This document shows, piece after piece, positions 1 through 6,743 of a DNA stretch of 10,942 nt. The position numbers and the translations under genes were made by a program. This stretch comes from a virus (lineage: Duplodnaviria; Heunggongvirae; Uroviricota; Caudoviricetes): the IMG/VR virus record IMGVR_UViG_2778261459_000006. One strand, 5' to 3'. Within the stretch, counting starts at the first letter, position 1. Every line of letters starts with the position of its first letter. A model generated the notes under the pieces. It did not search any database. It saw nothing but the letters and a program-made list of their open reading frames with translations, and was not told the DNA's origin.

Positions 1-408
1 GAGATTGATATGTTGAAAAACCAGTTAAGCAACAAAATTGATATTGTAGACAAACCGGTTAATCAACAAATCGAGACCAATGGCGACGCTATTGTAGGAG
101 AACCAGTTATGAAGGACTTAAGCAACAAAAGCGATATTGTAGACAAACCAGTTAATCAACAAAAAGCGGGTGGCCGTCCGGCAAAATTCAAAGTAGAACA
201 GCTAGAGCAATGGCTTAAGGAGCAAGGCGGATATAAGGGAACTATCGACGATTTGGCGCTACATGCGTTCGGCAAGGTCGGCAAAGATGGCAAGCTGCAT
301 GGCGCACCAGGCCGCCACTGGATGTACAAGGCGTTAGCTGAACTGGAGAGCGAGGGGAAAATTGCCAAAGAGGCAGCGACAAGGAGCGGGATTAATATTG
401 TTGCTTAA
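1..408 (+). CDS. 3' part of a junction-spanning XRE-type HTH regulator; continues from 10518..10942, full protein about 251 aa if the molecule is circular
   Basis: Frame is open from nt 1 and in phase with the ORF beginning at 10518; stop TAA at 406-408. Contains a 93-nt (31-aa) tandem repeat, LSNK(I/S)DIVDKPVNQQ, starting at 25 and 118. Followed by an intrinsic terminator. Confidence 0.7.
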   Translation, partial: EIDMLKNQLSNKIDIVDKPVNQQIETNGDAIVGEPVMKDLSNKSDIVDKPVNQQKAGGRPAKFKVEQLEQWLKEQGGYKGTIDDLALHAFGKVGKDGKLHGAPGRHWMYKALAELESEGKIAKEAATRSGINIVA

Positions 409-452
409 CCCTTAAAGCCAACGATTAGCTACAAAACAAGCCATCAAGCGAA

Positions 453-477
453 GCCCAGCCATGCGCTGGGTTTTTTG
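453..477 (+). terminator. Rho-independent terminator after the HTH regulator gene
   Basis: Stem CCCAGC (454-459) / GCTGGG (465-470), 5-nt loop, then TTTTTT (471-476). Confidence 0.7.
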
Positions 478-494
478 TTTGCAAAAAGCCGTAG

Positions 495-524
495 TTGTAA
501 GCCACTCAAAAGCAGGTTTACAAT
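495..524 (+). promoter_or_regulatory. Candidate sigma70 promoter for the alpA-like operon
   Basis: TTGTAA (495-500), 18-bp spacer, TACAAT (519-524). TTGTAA and TTACAA form an inverted pair 17 bp apart, a possible operator. Sequence match only. Confidence 0.35.
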
Positions 525-556
525 AGATCCTGTAACAGCAACAGAGGAACAAGAAA

Positions 557-841
557 ATGAACGCAAACATTGAACAGCAAGTCATGACAATGAAAGACGT
601 CTGCAAACTGTTAAACCGCTCAAGAACGTCAGTTTACGTTGCCATGATGCGCTACCAGGATTTTCCGGAGCCTATGTCACGCGGTCACGGTGTGCGAATG
701 GTCTGGTTAAAGTCTGAGTTAATTGCCTGGTACGAGCAGCACAAGGACGAGCTCGAAGAATCACGGAAAAACGGAATGATCCCGAATGAAAAGGCGATGC
801 GGAAACAACAACAAAAAGAGGAAGTAGAAAATGCTAACTGA
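557..841 (+). CDS. AlpA-family (phage AlpA/Xis-like HTH) regulator, 94 aa
   Basis: ATG at 557 with GAGGA 8 nt upstream. The segment MKDVCKLLNRSRTSVYVAMMRYQDFPEP...WLKSELIAWYE fits the AlpA/excisionase-type HTH pattern by eye. Stop TGA overlaps the next start (ATGCTAACTGA). Confidence 0.75.
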   Translation: MNANIEQQVMTMKDVCKLLNRSRTSVYVAMMRYQDFPEPMSRGHGVRMVWLKSELIAWYEQHKDELEESRKNGMIPNEKAMRKQQQKEEVENAN

Positions 842-1841
842 TACGACTTTACTGCCCGGCCTTGATGATCCAGCACCGTGGGATGATTCCGGCGGAGAGC
901 AGAAAGAAAAACGCCCGGGTGGGAAAGACCAGGGCGATGAGATGGAATCTGATAATGACACCGAATCCAATACGAATATTATCGCAGCAGATGACGGAAA
1001 CATCAACGGCAATAGCGGTAAAAATTCGTCTGCCGTTGAGGAAATCAGAGCAACGAAACCAATAGACCACAGCCTATGGGGATTGCGCAGTTCAGCACGC
1101 AAACCAGTAGCGAAAGCAACCACGGAAGAGCCTAAAGACATGTGGGCGGAAATCCTGGAAGAGGAAGAAAACGAGCAAGCCACGCAGAGTAACCCAGCCG
1201 TCAATCAAAGCGATGATCGTGATGAATGGGTGAAAAAGATGAGCGCTCTTTCGAAACAGTTACGCAATAAAAACAGCGACGGTTGGAAACAATACGAAAG
1301 CGTGCCGCCTGTCGGGATTCAGGACGACATAAAGAAATCAGATTCAGGCATTGCAGTACGCGAGGGTAAGGAGTTCCGGCAGCGTGATGATCTGGTCATA
1401 GAATCGCGTGAAATAACGCGGCCAGAAGCGCCAGGAAGCAACGAAACGCATGAGGCTGAACAATCGCAAGGCCAGCAGGAAACAGTAAGCGAGAAGGCTG
1501 ATAAGGACTGGCGCGGCGGCGACTACTACAGCTATACGAGCGAAGGATGCGCGCATCGCGCCTTTGACCGGGCTATCAAGTATAAGAGTGACGATAAGAC
1601 ATACTGGCAGACAAAAGGGATTTTTCTGACCATCGCCAGTGCAGCACGCAGGAACAATGACGGGGAATGGGTGACTAAAATGACCATATCATCACTGACT
1701 GGCGACACTCACGGTAACGCGTCCAGGAAGATCAAGGGTTGGATAGAAAGACTGGAGAAAGCTGGCCTATTAATCCCGCTTGAGACGAGTAAGAGAGACG
1801 GGAGAGCGTGGAAAATGGGATTCACGGTCCATCGAGGTTAA
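831..1841 (+). CDS. Hypothetical 336-aa protein: long acidic low-complexity N-terminal region plus a C-terminal winged-helix-like domain; candidate iteron-binding replication protein
   Basis: ATG at 831 with GAGGAAG upstream, overlapping the alpA-like stop. N-terminal about 230 aa is rich in D/E/N/S/Q; the C-terminal about 100 aa (…GIFLTIASAARRNNDGEWVTKMTISSL…KIKGWIERLEKAGLLIPLE) looks like a DNA-binding winged helix. Sits directly upstream of the terminator and iterons. Function is inferred from position only. Confidence 0.7.
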   Translation: MLTDTTLLPGLDDPAPWDDSGGEQKEKRPGGKDQGDEMESDNDTESNTNIIAADDGNINGNSGKNSSAVEEIRATKPIDHSLWGLRSSARKPVAKATTEEPKDMWAEILEEEENEQATQSNPAVNQSDDRDEWVKKMSALSKQLRNKNSDGWKQYESVPPVGIQDDIKKSDSGIAVREGKEFRQRDDLVIESREITRPEAPGSNETHEAEQSQGQQETVSEKADKDWRGGDYYSYTSEGCAHRAFDRAIKYKSDDKTYWQTKGIFLTIASAARRNNDGEWVTKMTISSLTGDTHGNASRKIKGWIERLEKAGLLIPLETSKRDGRAWKMGFTVHRG

Positions 1842-1853
1842 ATCAGCAGCAAA

Positions 1854-1878
1854 GCCCGCCGCGTTGGCGGGTTTTTTG
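1854..1878 (+). terminator. Rho-independent terminator after the 336-aa gene
   Basis: Stem CCCGCC (1855-1860) / GGCGGG (1866-1871), loop GCGTT, then TTTTTT (1872-1877). Confidence 0.75.
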
Positions 1879-1933
1879 TGCCTGAACCGTAAACCAACCT
1901 ATCTCACTAATGGTTTACATGTGATGCGAAGCC

Positions 1934-1942
1934 TGTGGATAA
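1934..1942 (-). promoter_or_regulatory. DnaA box, perfect TTATCCACA consensus
   Basis: The + strand reads TGTGGATAA, the reverse complement of TTATCCACA. It lies 12 bp upstream of the iteron array. Confidence 0.6.
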
Positions 1943-1953
1943 CTCAAGATGAA

Positions 1954-2084
1954 CCATCAGTTTTGTACCCATATAAAAATCGAACCATCAGTTTTGTACC
2001 CATATACCATCAGTTTTGTACCCATATAACCATCTTTGAACCATCAGTTTTGTACCCATATACCATCAGTTTTGTACCCATATG
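1954..2084. repeat. Iteron array: five direct copies of the 22-bp unit CCATCAGTTTTGTACCCATATA; candidate plasmid-type replication origin
   Basis: Exact copies at 1954-1975, 1985-2006, 2007-2028 and 2041-2062; the copy at 2063-2084 ends in G. A truncated copy (CCATCTTTG) lies at 2030-2038. Flanked by a DnaA box upstream and an AT-rich tract downstream. Confidence 0.9.
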
Positions 2085-2130
2085 ATTCCCTGAGGGCCGC
2101 GCCGCATCTGGACTACGCCGCCCATTAAGA

Positions 2131-2200
2131 GGTTTTAAGAGAAAAAAAGATAAGAGTATTAAGATCAGGATATTTATTTTTCATAGATCTATGATTGGTG
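2131..2200. other. AT-rich tract next to the iterons; possible DNA-unwinding element
   Basis: AT-rich sequence including A7 and T5 runs and GATC sites, immediately after a GC-rich block (2093-2125). Confidence 0.35.
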
Positions 2201-2525
2201 ACCTTCGGAAAATCATCCGGGTATTGCTAGCTTGCTATTGGCCTGGCAGTGGGCCTACGGCTGGGAACTGGAGAACATGAAACGACGTAAGGCACGGAGC
2301 GCCCACCATAGGCAGACACATAAACATCTGAGAGCGCGCCTTCTATCGCGCTACGCGCTCAATAAAAACCAACGACACCGCCATCCTGAAAGACCAATGG
2401 TTTTATCTCGTATACAGACCAGACATGAAACAGCAGGCTGAAGTGAACACTCAAGCAAGTTTATCCCGCCGCAGACTACCGCAAACTATCATGACCGTGC
2501 AGAATTCGAACTGAATGCCCCCTAG

Positions 2526-2635
2526 AACGCGATGAACACACATACCCGCTACGATTGCATACCTTAAAATCTCACCTCACCACAGAGCGATTGAGACGCC
2601 TTAAAATTGATGCGATTTCGCTAAATTTTTTCACT
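2526..2635. repeat. Long imperfect direct repeat, copy A (about 110 bp)
   Basis: Aligns with 2836-2946; shared blocks AACGCGATNAACACACATA and TTAAAATNGATGCGATTTC..TAAATTTTTTCACT. Confidence 0.85.
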
Positions 2636-2674
2636 TGATGCAGAGCTGTATGCGTGAAGGACAGTTGCGTCCGC

Positions 2675-2735
2675 AACTTTCTTGTTCAAAACCCCAGCCA
2701 TCAAGCGTTGAGCCGAAACTTTCTTGTTCAAAACC
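2675..2735. repeat. Two perfect 19-bp direct repeats, AACTTTCTTGTTCAAAACC, 42 bp apart
   Basis: Copies at 2675-2693 and 2717-2735, lying between the two long direct repeats. Confidence 0.85.
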
Positions 2736-2835
2736 TGGCAAGCCTCACAACCTCCAACGGAGGAAGCTGGGTTAATCAGCTTGATTCTGAGCCGATTGCC
2801 AGCCGGACTACTGACCAGATACTGCCAGGCCATTC

Positions 2836-2946
2836 AACGCGATTAACACACATAAGCGCCACACTTACTTACCTGAAAACTTCACAGCGTCACAGCGCGT
2901 TTTAGACACGTTAAAATCGATGCGATTTCATTAAATTTTTTTCACT
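2836..2946. repeat. Long imperfect direct repeat, copy B (about 111 bp)
   Basis: Aligns with 2526-2635, 310 bp downstream of copy A; the 3' end contains the small palindrome AATCGATGCGATT. Confidence 0.85.
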
Positions 2947-3072
2947 CGCCTGAATGGTGGCAATCAGGACTGATTGCAACATTGCCCCGCCTCGATACTG
3001 AGCGCATAATAAATACATACATTAAGCGGAAACGTCATTAACAGATTTGGAAAAAACAATGGGTTAAACATC

Positions 3073-3693
3073 ATGCGCATATCAAAGCAGCAACGCCAAA
3101 TCCTCGACTATCTGGCAGAAAACGAATCAATCACAGCACGCCAGGCGGCAGATCTCGTTTATGGCGGCAACGTTACCCGCGTACAGGTCGATGCAGCCCG
3201 CCGTTCACTGATGGCGCTGGTCAGCAATGGGCTAATCATGAAACAAGGCCGCGCTTTCGTAGCTGAAAGACATATCAATCACGCTTATAGCCAGGACGTT
3301 GAAGAGTTGCGCCGTCAGATCCTTTGGGTATTCAGCAAAGAGGGGCAGGACTATCTCATTTCTGAGCGTCCAAATTACGCCGCCAAAGAGTTAACAGTAA
3401 GCGGATTGTCGTGCGCACTGGATTATCTTGTCGGTGAAGGTTGCGTTACTTACAAGCAGCTATGGCACGCCCTGAACACGCTTGTAGAAGATGGTTTACT
3501 CATTGCCACGCGTGAGAATATCGAATACTGGATAATGCCGCGTTCAGGTCGCCGCAATCATGCGCGGTATATTTCAGGCAACAAATACAGAACGCCTGAC
3601 TTTAATCCGACACAGGAAGATCGGGACCGTGCCGAAATGATGTGCAGGGAACGGGAGAAAAGATTCATGGACAAGTTGTTTTCGATGCGGTGA
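3073..3693 (+). CDS. 206-aa protein with two tandem winged-helix-like domains; candidate DNA-binding regulator or Rep-like protein
   Basis: ATG at 3073, stop TGA at 3691-3693, then a terminator. Segments QRQILDYLAENESITARQAADLV...LVSNGLIMKQGR and LSCALDYLVGEGCVTYKQLWHALNTLVEDGLLIA each look like a winged helix. Confidence 0.7.
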   Translation: MRISKQQRQILDYLAENESITARQAADLVYGGNVTRVQVDAARRSLMALVSNGLIMKQGRAFVAERHINHAYSQDVEELRRQILWVFSKEGQDYLISERPNYAAKELTVSGLSCALDYLVGEGCVTYKQLWHALNTLVEDGLLIATRENIEYWIMPRSGRRNHARYISGNKYRTPDFNPTQEDRDRAEMMCREREKRFMDKLFSMR

Positions 3694-3699
3694 ACACAA

Positions 3700-3722
3700 G
3701 CGGGCGCAATGCCCGTTTTTCT
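3700..3722 (+). terminator. Rho-independent terminator after the 206-aa gene
   Basis: Stem CGGGC (3701-3705) / GCCCG (3711-3715), loop GCAAT, then TTTTT. Confidence 0.7.
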
Positions 3723-3861
3723 TATCTCATTCCACGCCAGACGAACCAATTTAATCACACCTGAGCAAATGCATAGCCAGAACTTAAGGCCGTCAGAATG
3801 CGTTATATTGCGTTTAAACAGCATCAATTTTTAATTGCTTTTTGATGCGTGAATCGCAGGC

Positions 3862-3890
3862 AAAAAAAATCCCGCGAGTAGCGGCGGGAA
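3862..3890 (-). terminator. Candidate Rho-independent terminator on the minus strand
   Basis: On the minus strand a hairpin (TCCCGC / GCGGGA, 8-nt loop) is followed by a T8 run (complement of the A8 at 3862-3869). No minus-strand ORF is evident, so whatever it terminates would be non-coding or antisense. Confidence 0.45.
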
Positions 3891-4000
3891 ATAGAGACAT
3901 ATCGTTGTAGTTATTAATAGATCACATTTTGAGGCTGAGGATTTGCCTCACTAATATTATCGCGCCGTTACCTTTTAGTCGCAATTGATTGTTTGAAAGA

Positions 4001-4025
4001 GGCTGGATGAATCCGGCCTTTTTTT
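4001..4025 (+). terminator. Rho-independent terminator with no upstream ORF; possible 3' end of a small RNA
   Basis: Stem GGCTGGA (4001-4007) / TCCGGCC (4012-4018) with one G-U pair, loop TGAA, then TTTTTTT (4019-4025). A promoter-like TTGAGG-17-TAATAT lies about 50-70 bp upstream. Confidence 0.6.
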
Positions 4026-4162
4026 CTGGTTGGAGAATCAAAAACAGATAAACGCGGATATAAGTGAGCCATAGTTGTAAAAAACAAACAGACGAGCGAA
4101 AATACTAACATCGGTAAGTGAATCACCCACAGAAAACCGATTATCTTTAAGCCTGGATTTTT

Positions 4163-4194
4163 AGCCCGCTGCCTTACTGGTCGCGGGCTTTTTC
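4163..4194 (+). terminator. Terminator-like hairpin immediately upstream of the RBS of the second alpA-like gene; possible attenuator or sRNA 3' end
   Basis: Stem AGCCCGC (4163-4169) / GCGGGCT (4183-4189), 13-nt loop, then TTTTT; GGAG RBS at 4202-4205 and ATG at 4214. Confidence 0.55.
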
Positions 4195-4213
4195 GTTTAC
4201 AGGAGCCTGAAAG

Positions 4214-4393
4214 ATGAAATCCATTACCCTGAAAGAAGTCTGCAATATTGCAGGCGTTACCCCTGAGACGTATCGGCGCTGGTTAAAAGAAAACTTGCCC
4301 GGTATCCCGTTACCATATACCCCGAAAGGGAAACATCTTCGTTTTTATGAGGACGAAGTGGTCGCCTGGATTAAAGGCCAGCGTGAGGGATAA
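4214..4393 (+). CDS. AlpA/Xis-family small HTH protein, 59 aa; absent from the ORF track
   Basis: AGGAG 8 nt upstream of ATG 4214. Translation is MKSITLKEVCNIAGVTPETYRRWLKENLPGIPLPYTPKGKHLRFYEDEVVAWIKGQREG, a paralog-like pattern of the 557..841 protein (LKEVC / MKDVC ... V-W ... W). Confidence 0.7.
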   Translation: MKSITLKEVCNIAGVTPETYRRWLKENLPGIPLPYTPKGKHLRFYEDEVVAWIKGQREG

Positions 4394-4425
4394 AGCAGTT
4401 TTTTATATTAAGAAGGGATTGGTAA

Positions 4426-5001
4426 ATGAGAAATGAAATCAAATATCAACATATCAAGCGTCTGTGGTGTCTAAAAGATGGCGTTATTTTTACGAGATGG
4501 GGCAATAAGCCTGTTTCTTTCTCCTGTAAAGTAAACGGGCGCCGCTATACAACGATTAAAGTTAACGGAAAATGGCACGCAGTTCTTATTTATGAAGCTA
4601 TTTTTATGCTGTTCCATGACCGCCCAATCGCTGAAGGAAAAGAAATCCACCACAAGGACGGCGATCCAGAAAATAACGCAATTGACAATCTTGTCGAGCT
4701 AACCAGAACGCAGCACAAGAGGATTCATCAATATCAGTGCAACGACCCGCTGCGCGGTATTTGCCTGAATCAAGGCGCATGGGAATTTAAATGGTATGAC
4801 GATAACGGAATATGCCGCAGCCGACGTTTCCACAGTATTAACGAGGCAATAAACTTCCGTGCCGAAATAGAAAAACCTCGCAGAAGAGAATTACGATTGC
4901 TAGGCTTGAACTGTCGTAAAAAATATCGCGGAATTACCGCAAGCCAACTACGCAAAATAAGCCGGAAGCAAAATTCTCGCTTATGGCGCACACACATTTA
5001 A
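4426..5001 (+). CDS. HNH endonuclease with an AP2-like DNA-binding domain, 191 aa
   Basis: HNH signature IHHKDGDPENNAIDNLVELTRTQHKRIH, then an AP2-like segment RGICLNQGAWEFKWYDDNGICRSRRFHSINEAINFRAEI. AAGGGA RBS upstream. Confidence 0.85.
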   Translation: MRNEIKYQHIKRLWCLKDGVIFTRWGNKPVSFSCKVNGRRYTTIKVNGKWHAVLIYEAIFMLFHDRPIAEGKEIHHKDGDPENNAIDNLVELTRTQHKRIHQYQCNDPLRGICLNQGAWEFKWYDDNGICRSRRFHSINEAINFRAEIEKPRRRELRLLGLNCRKKYRGITASQLRKISRKQNSRLWRTHI

Positions 5002-5020
5002 ACAACTGGAGATTTTTATC

Positions 5021-5287
5021 ATGTCTACTCATTCATTAGAACGCTTTATGAATATCGCACCGAAATCAGCTGAACAGGAAGCGCGCGAACAATTTCAGCG
5101 AAAACTAGAAGCAGCAGCGCGGCACATTGTCGAGAAGATGCCGGAGCTACTAATCCCGTTGATGGAAGAGCTGGCAGCAGAGCTTCAGAAAGAGATGCCG
5201 CAAGATATGGAAGGGACGGCACTACAACGACTGCAGTTTGAAGCAAGCCGCTTACTACATCTTCCAGTAGGTGCATTTCGTAAATAA
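5021..5287 (+). CDS. Hypothetical protein, 88 aa, predicted helical
   Basis: ATG start with GGAG upstream; tightly packed between the HNH gene and the next ORF. No family recognised. Confidence 0.55.
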   Translation: MSTHSLERFMNIAPKSAEQEAREQFQRKLEAAARHIVEKMPELLIPLMEELAAELQKEMPQDMEGTALQRLQFEASRLLHLPVGAFRK

Positions 5288-5302
5288 CAGGGAGAACGAA
5301 CT

Positions 5303-5998
5303 ATGAGCAAAACACAGGAAAGAATACACGAGCTTGAGGCTAAATATAGCCGCTTGCTGACTGAGCGTGACCATGCAACTGGCGCTGATCGCTATCTTGC
5401 GGAAAAAGAACTGAAAGCTACTCGTAAGATGATCATTAAGTTGCACGGTAAAAGCATTACAGAAGAGATACAGGGCCAAATACCTGACATGGTGAAACAT
5501 GCACTTGCTGGTGTAACTGCCCAGGTAACCGAACTGCGTAAACAAGCTGGCATGAAGGTTAATGCTGACGAAAAGCCGGACGAAACGCCAGACGAAAAGC
5601 CGCGTGATGAGCGTATCGCTGAGGCTTTGCATGTGGTTAAGAGCAATCTGCTTAACATGGAAATTGATGACCTCATCGACCTTCGGGATCGTGTCCTCAA
5701 GGCGGTTGAAAGTCGTAACCAGGCAGCAGAGCAAAACAAGCTGGCAGACATGACGGTTAACGCGAACCACGTCGGAGCACCGGACGCCGCCAGTTACTTT
5801 GACCCTAATCTGCCGAAAGAGATAGCTGACTACCTCGATCCGCCGTTGCCGCCAGAAATTGAAGCGCATTTCGCCGAAACGAAAACGGTCGCAGGGGTTG
5901 ACCTGGATTCATACTTTCAGGGCAACAATGAAGCGGCAGGGATTGATTTAGACGAATATTTCCTGCCAAGCAAGCACTACAGCGTAAGTAAAGACTGA
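5303..5998 (+). CDS. Hypothetical protein, 231 aa, with acidic C-terminal repeats
   Basis: GGGAGA RBS 7 nt upstream of the ATG. Short repeats DEKPDETPDEKP and DLD(S/E)YF / YFDPNLP / YLDPPLP. Followed by a terminator. No family recognised. Confidence 0.7.
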   Translation: MSKTQERIHELEAKYSRLLTERDHATGADRYLAEKELKATRKMIIKLHGKSITEEIQGQIPDMVKHALAGVTAQVTELRKQAGMKVNADEKPDETPDEKPRDERIAEALHVVKSNLLNMEIDDLIDLRDRVLKAVESRNQAAEQNKLADMTVNANHVGAPDAASYFDPNLPKEIADYLDPPLPPEIEAHFAETKTVAGVDLDSYFQGNNEAAGIDLDEYFLPSKHYSVSKD

Positions 5999-6005
5999 GC
6001 AAACA

Positions 6006-6026
6006 GGGGCCGCAGCGCCCCTTTTC
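6006..6026 (+). terminator. Rho-independent terminator after the 231-aa gene
   Basis: Stem GGGGC / GCCCC with a 6-nt loop, followed by TTTT. Confidence 0.6.
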
Positions 6027-6045
6027 ACTTTCTGGAGATGAGATC

Positions 6046-6324
6046 ATGTCAACGTCAATTACACTTCGGATCTGTATGGGTATGGCACGCGTTATCACGA
6101 AAGAGGTCACAGATATTAAGCACAGCAGCCGGGAGCTACCATTGCGCCGCCAGCAGTTGCGGATTTTCGCCAGTTACGTTTTTGGCACGTTCGCATCACT
6201 GAAGCGCAAATTGAATGGCGGGCCGGTCAGCAATGAAGAAGCGAATTTTTTAAAAAGACTCACGATGATAGAAAAAGACCTGCACACGCAGTTAGAAAGT
6301 ATCAAGGCAGACGTAGGCGAGTAA
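6046..6324 (+). CDS. Hypothetical protein, 92 aa
   Basis: ATG at 6046 with GGAG 9 nt upstream; stop TAA at 6322-6324. No family recognised. Confidence 0.5.
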   Translation: MSTSITLRICMGMARVITKEVTDIKHSSRELPLRRQQLRIFASYVFGTFASLKRKLNGGPVSNEEANFLKRLTMIEKDLHTQLESIKADVGE

Positions 6325-6375
6325 GTTAGCGAGGTGTTAGCGAACGATAGCGGGTAGTTAGCGAACGATAACGGG
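6325..6375. repeat. Tandem direct repeats of GTTAGCGA; two extended 19-bp copies, GTTAGCGAACGATA(G/A)CGGG, at 21-bp period
   Basis: Copies at 6325-6332, 6336-6354 and 6357-6375, intergenic, immediately upstream of the tail module. Confidence 0.8.
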
Positions 6376-6458
6376 CCGTTTTTTGAAGTTAGTTTTCAAT
6401 GCTAAAACCGCCGAAATCCGCGCCATACGGGTTTTTGCACTATATGAGGGGCGCTTTT

Positions 6459-6722
6459 ATGGGGGTAATTTTCGGACAAGTACTATGCGCGCGCGAGGCA
6501 ATCATGAAGCAAGACATAGCGGAAAGGCTGGAGATACTCGAAAACCAGCGAGAAGAAGCCAGACAGATGCGCAGGGAGGCAAATAAAGAGGGCCGGAAAA
6601 AAGATGCATGGCATCTGAGACAATTCATCAACTTTACAAACCGTTGCATCCAGGAGTGCTACATGGAAGACGCAGAAAACTGGCTGGATTCCTTGCCAGA
6701 AAAGCACGGAACAGAGCGATGA
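6459..6722 (+). CDS. Hypothetical protein, 87 aa from the RBS-supported ATG at 6459 (the ORF track starts it at 6399; 6504 is another possible start)
   Basis: GAGGGG 7 nt upstream of ATG 6459. The protein is charged and helical (…IAERLEILENQREEARQMRREANKEGRKK…). Stop TGA at 6720-6722, in the same frame as the next ORF. Confidence 0.45.
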   Translation: MGVIFGQVLCAREAIMKQDIAERLEILENQREEARQMRREANKEGRKKDAWHLRQFINFTNRCIQECYMEDAENWLDSLPEKHGTER

Positions 6723-6743
6723 TTGTTAGACGAAGGGGGTTAC

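Noticed and set aside
1505-1522. Partial resemblance to the lambda cosN core (GGCGGCGAC); a similar GC-rich stretch at 2093-2125
   Set aside because: Only about 9 of 12 positions match from memory and the first site is inside a coding region; too weak to call a cos site without alignment to a helper phage.
1954-2084. Possible CRISPR array
   Set aside because: The repeats are partly contiguous with no unique spacers of regular length; the adjacent DnaA box and AT-rich tract point to iterons instead.
1780-2085. 101-aa + strand ORF spanning the terminator and iterons
   Set aside because: It reads through a terminator hairpin and the iteron array; its repetitive translation is produced by the DNA repeats, not by coding constraint.
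2232-2905. ORFs 2232..2441 (69 aa), 2654..2905 (83 aa) and 2621..2833 (minus strand) in the repeat-rich region
   Set aside because: They start at TTG or GTG without an RBS; the 83-aa ORF's apparent amino-acid repeat is just the 19-bp DNA repeat read in frame. A very basic 54-aa peptide from ATG 2277 has an RBS only 3 nt upstream, so I did not call it.
3558-3827. 89-aa minus-strand ORF overlapping the 3' end of the 206-aa gene
   Set aside because: It overlaps a supported + strand gene and its terminator and has no RBS.
5255-5869. 204-aa minus-strand ORF (also 9829..10362, 761..1204, 8006..8287 and other minus-strand ORFs in the track)
   Set aside because: Each lies entirely antisense to a well-supported + strand gene, has a Cys/Ser/Leu-rich low-complexity translation and no credible RBS; these are shadow ORFs.
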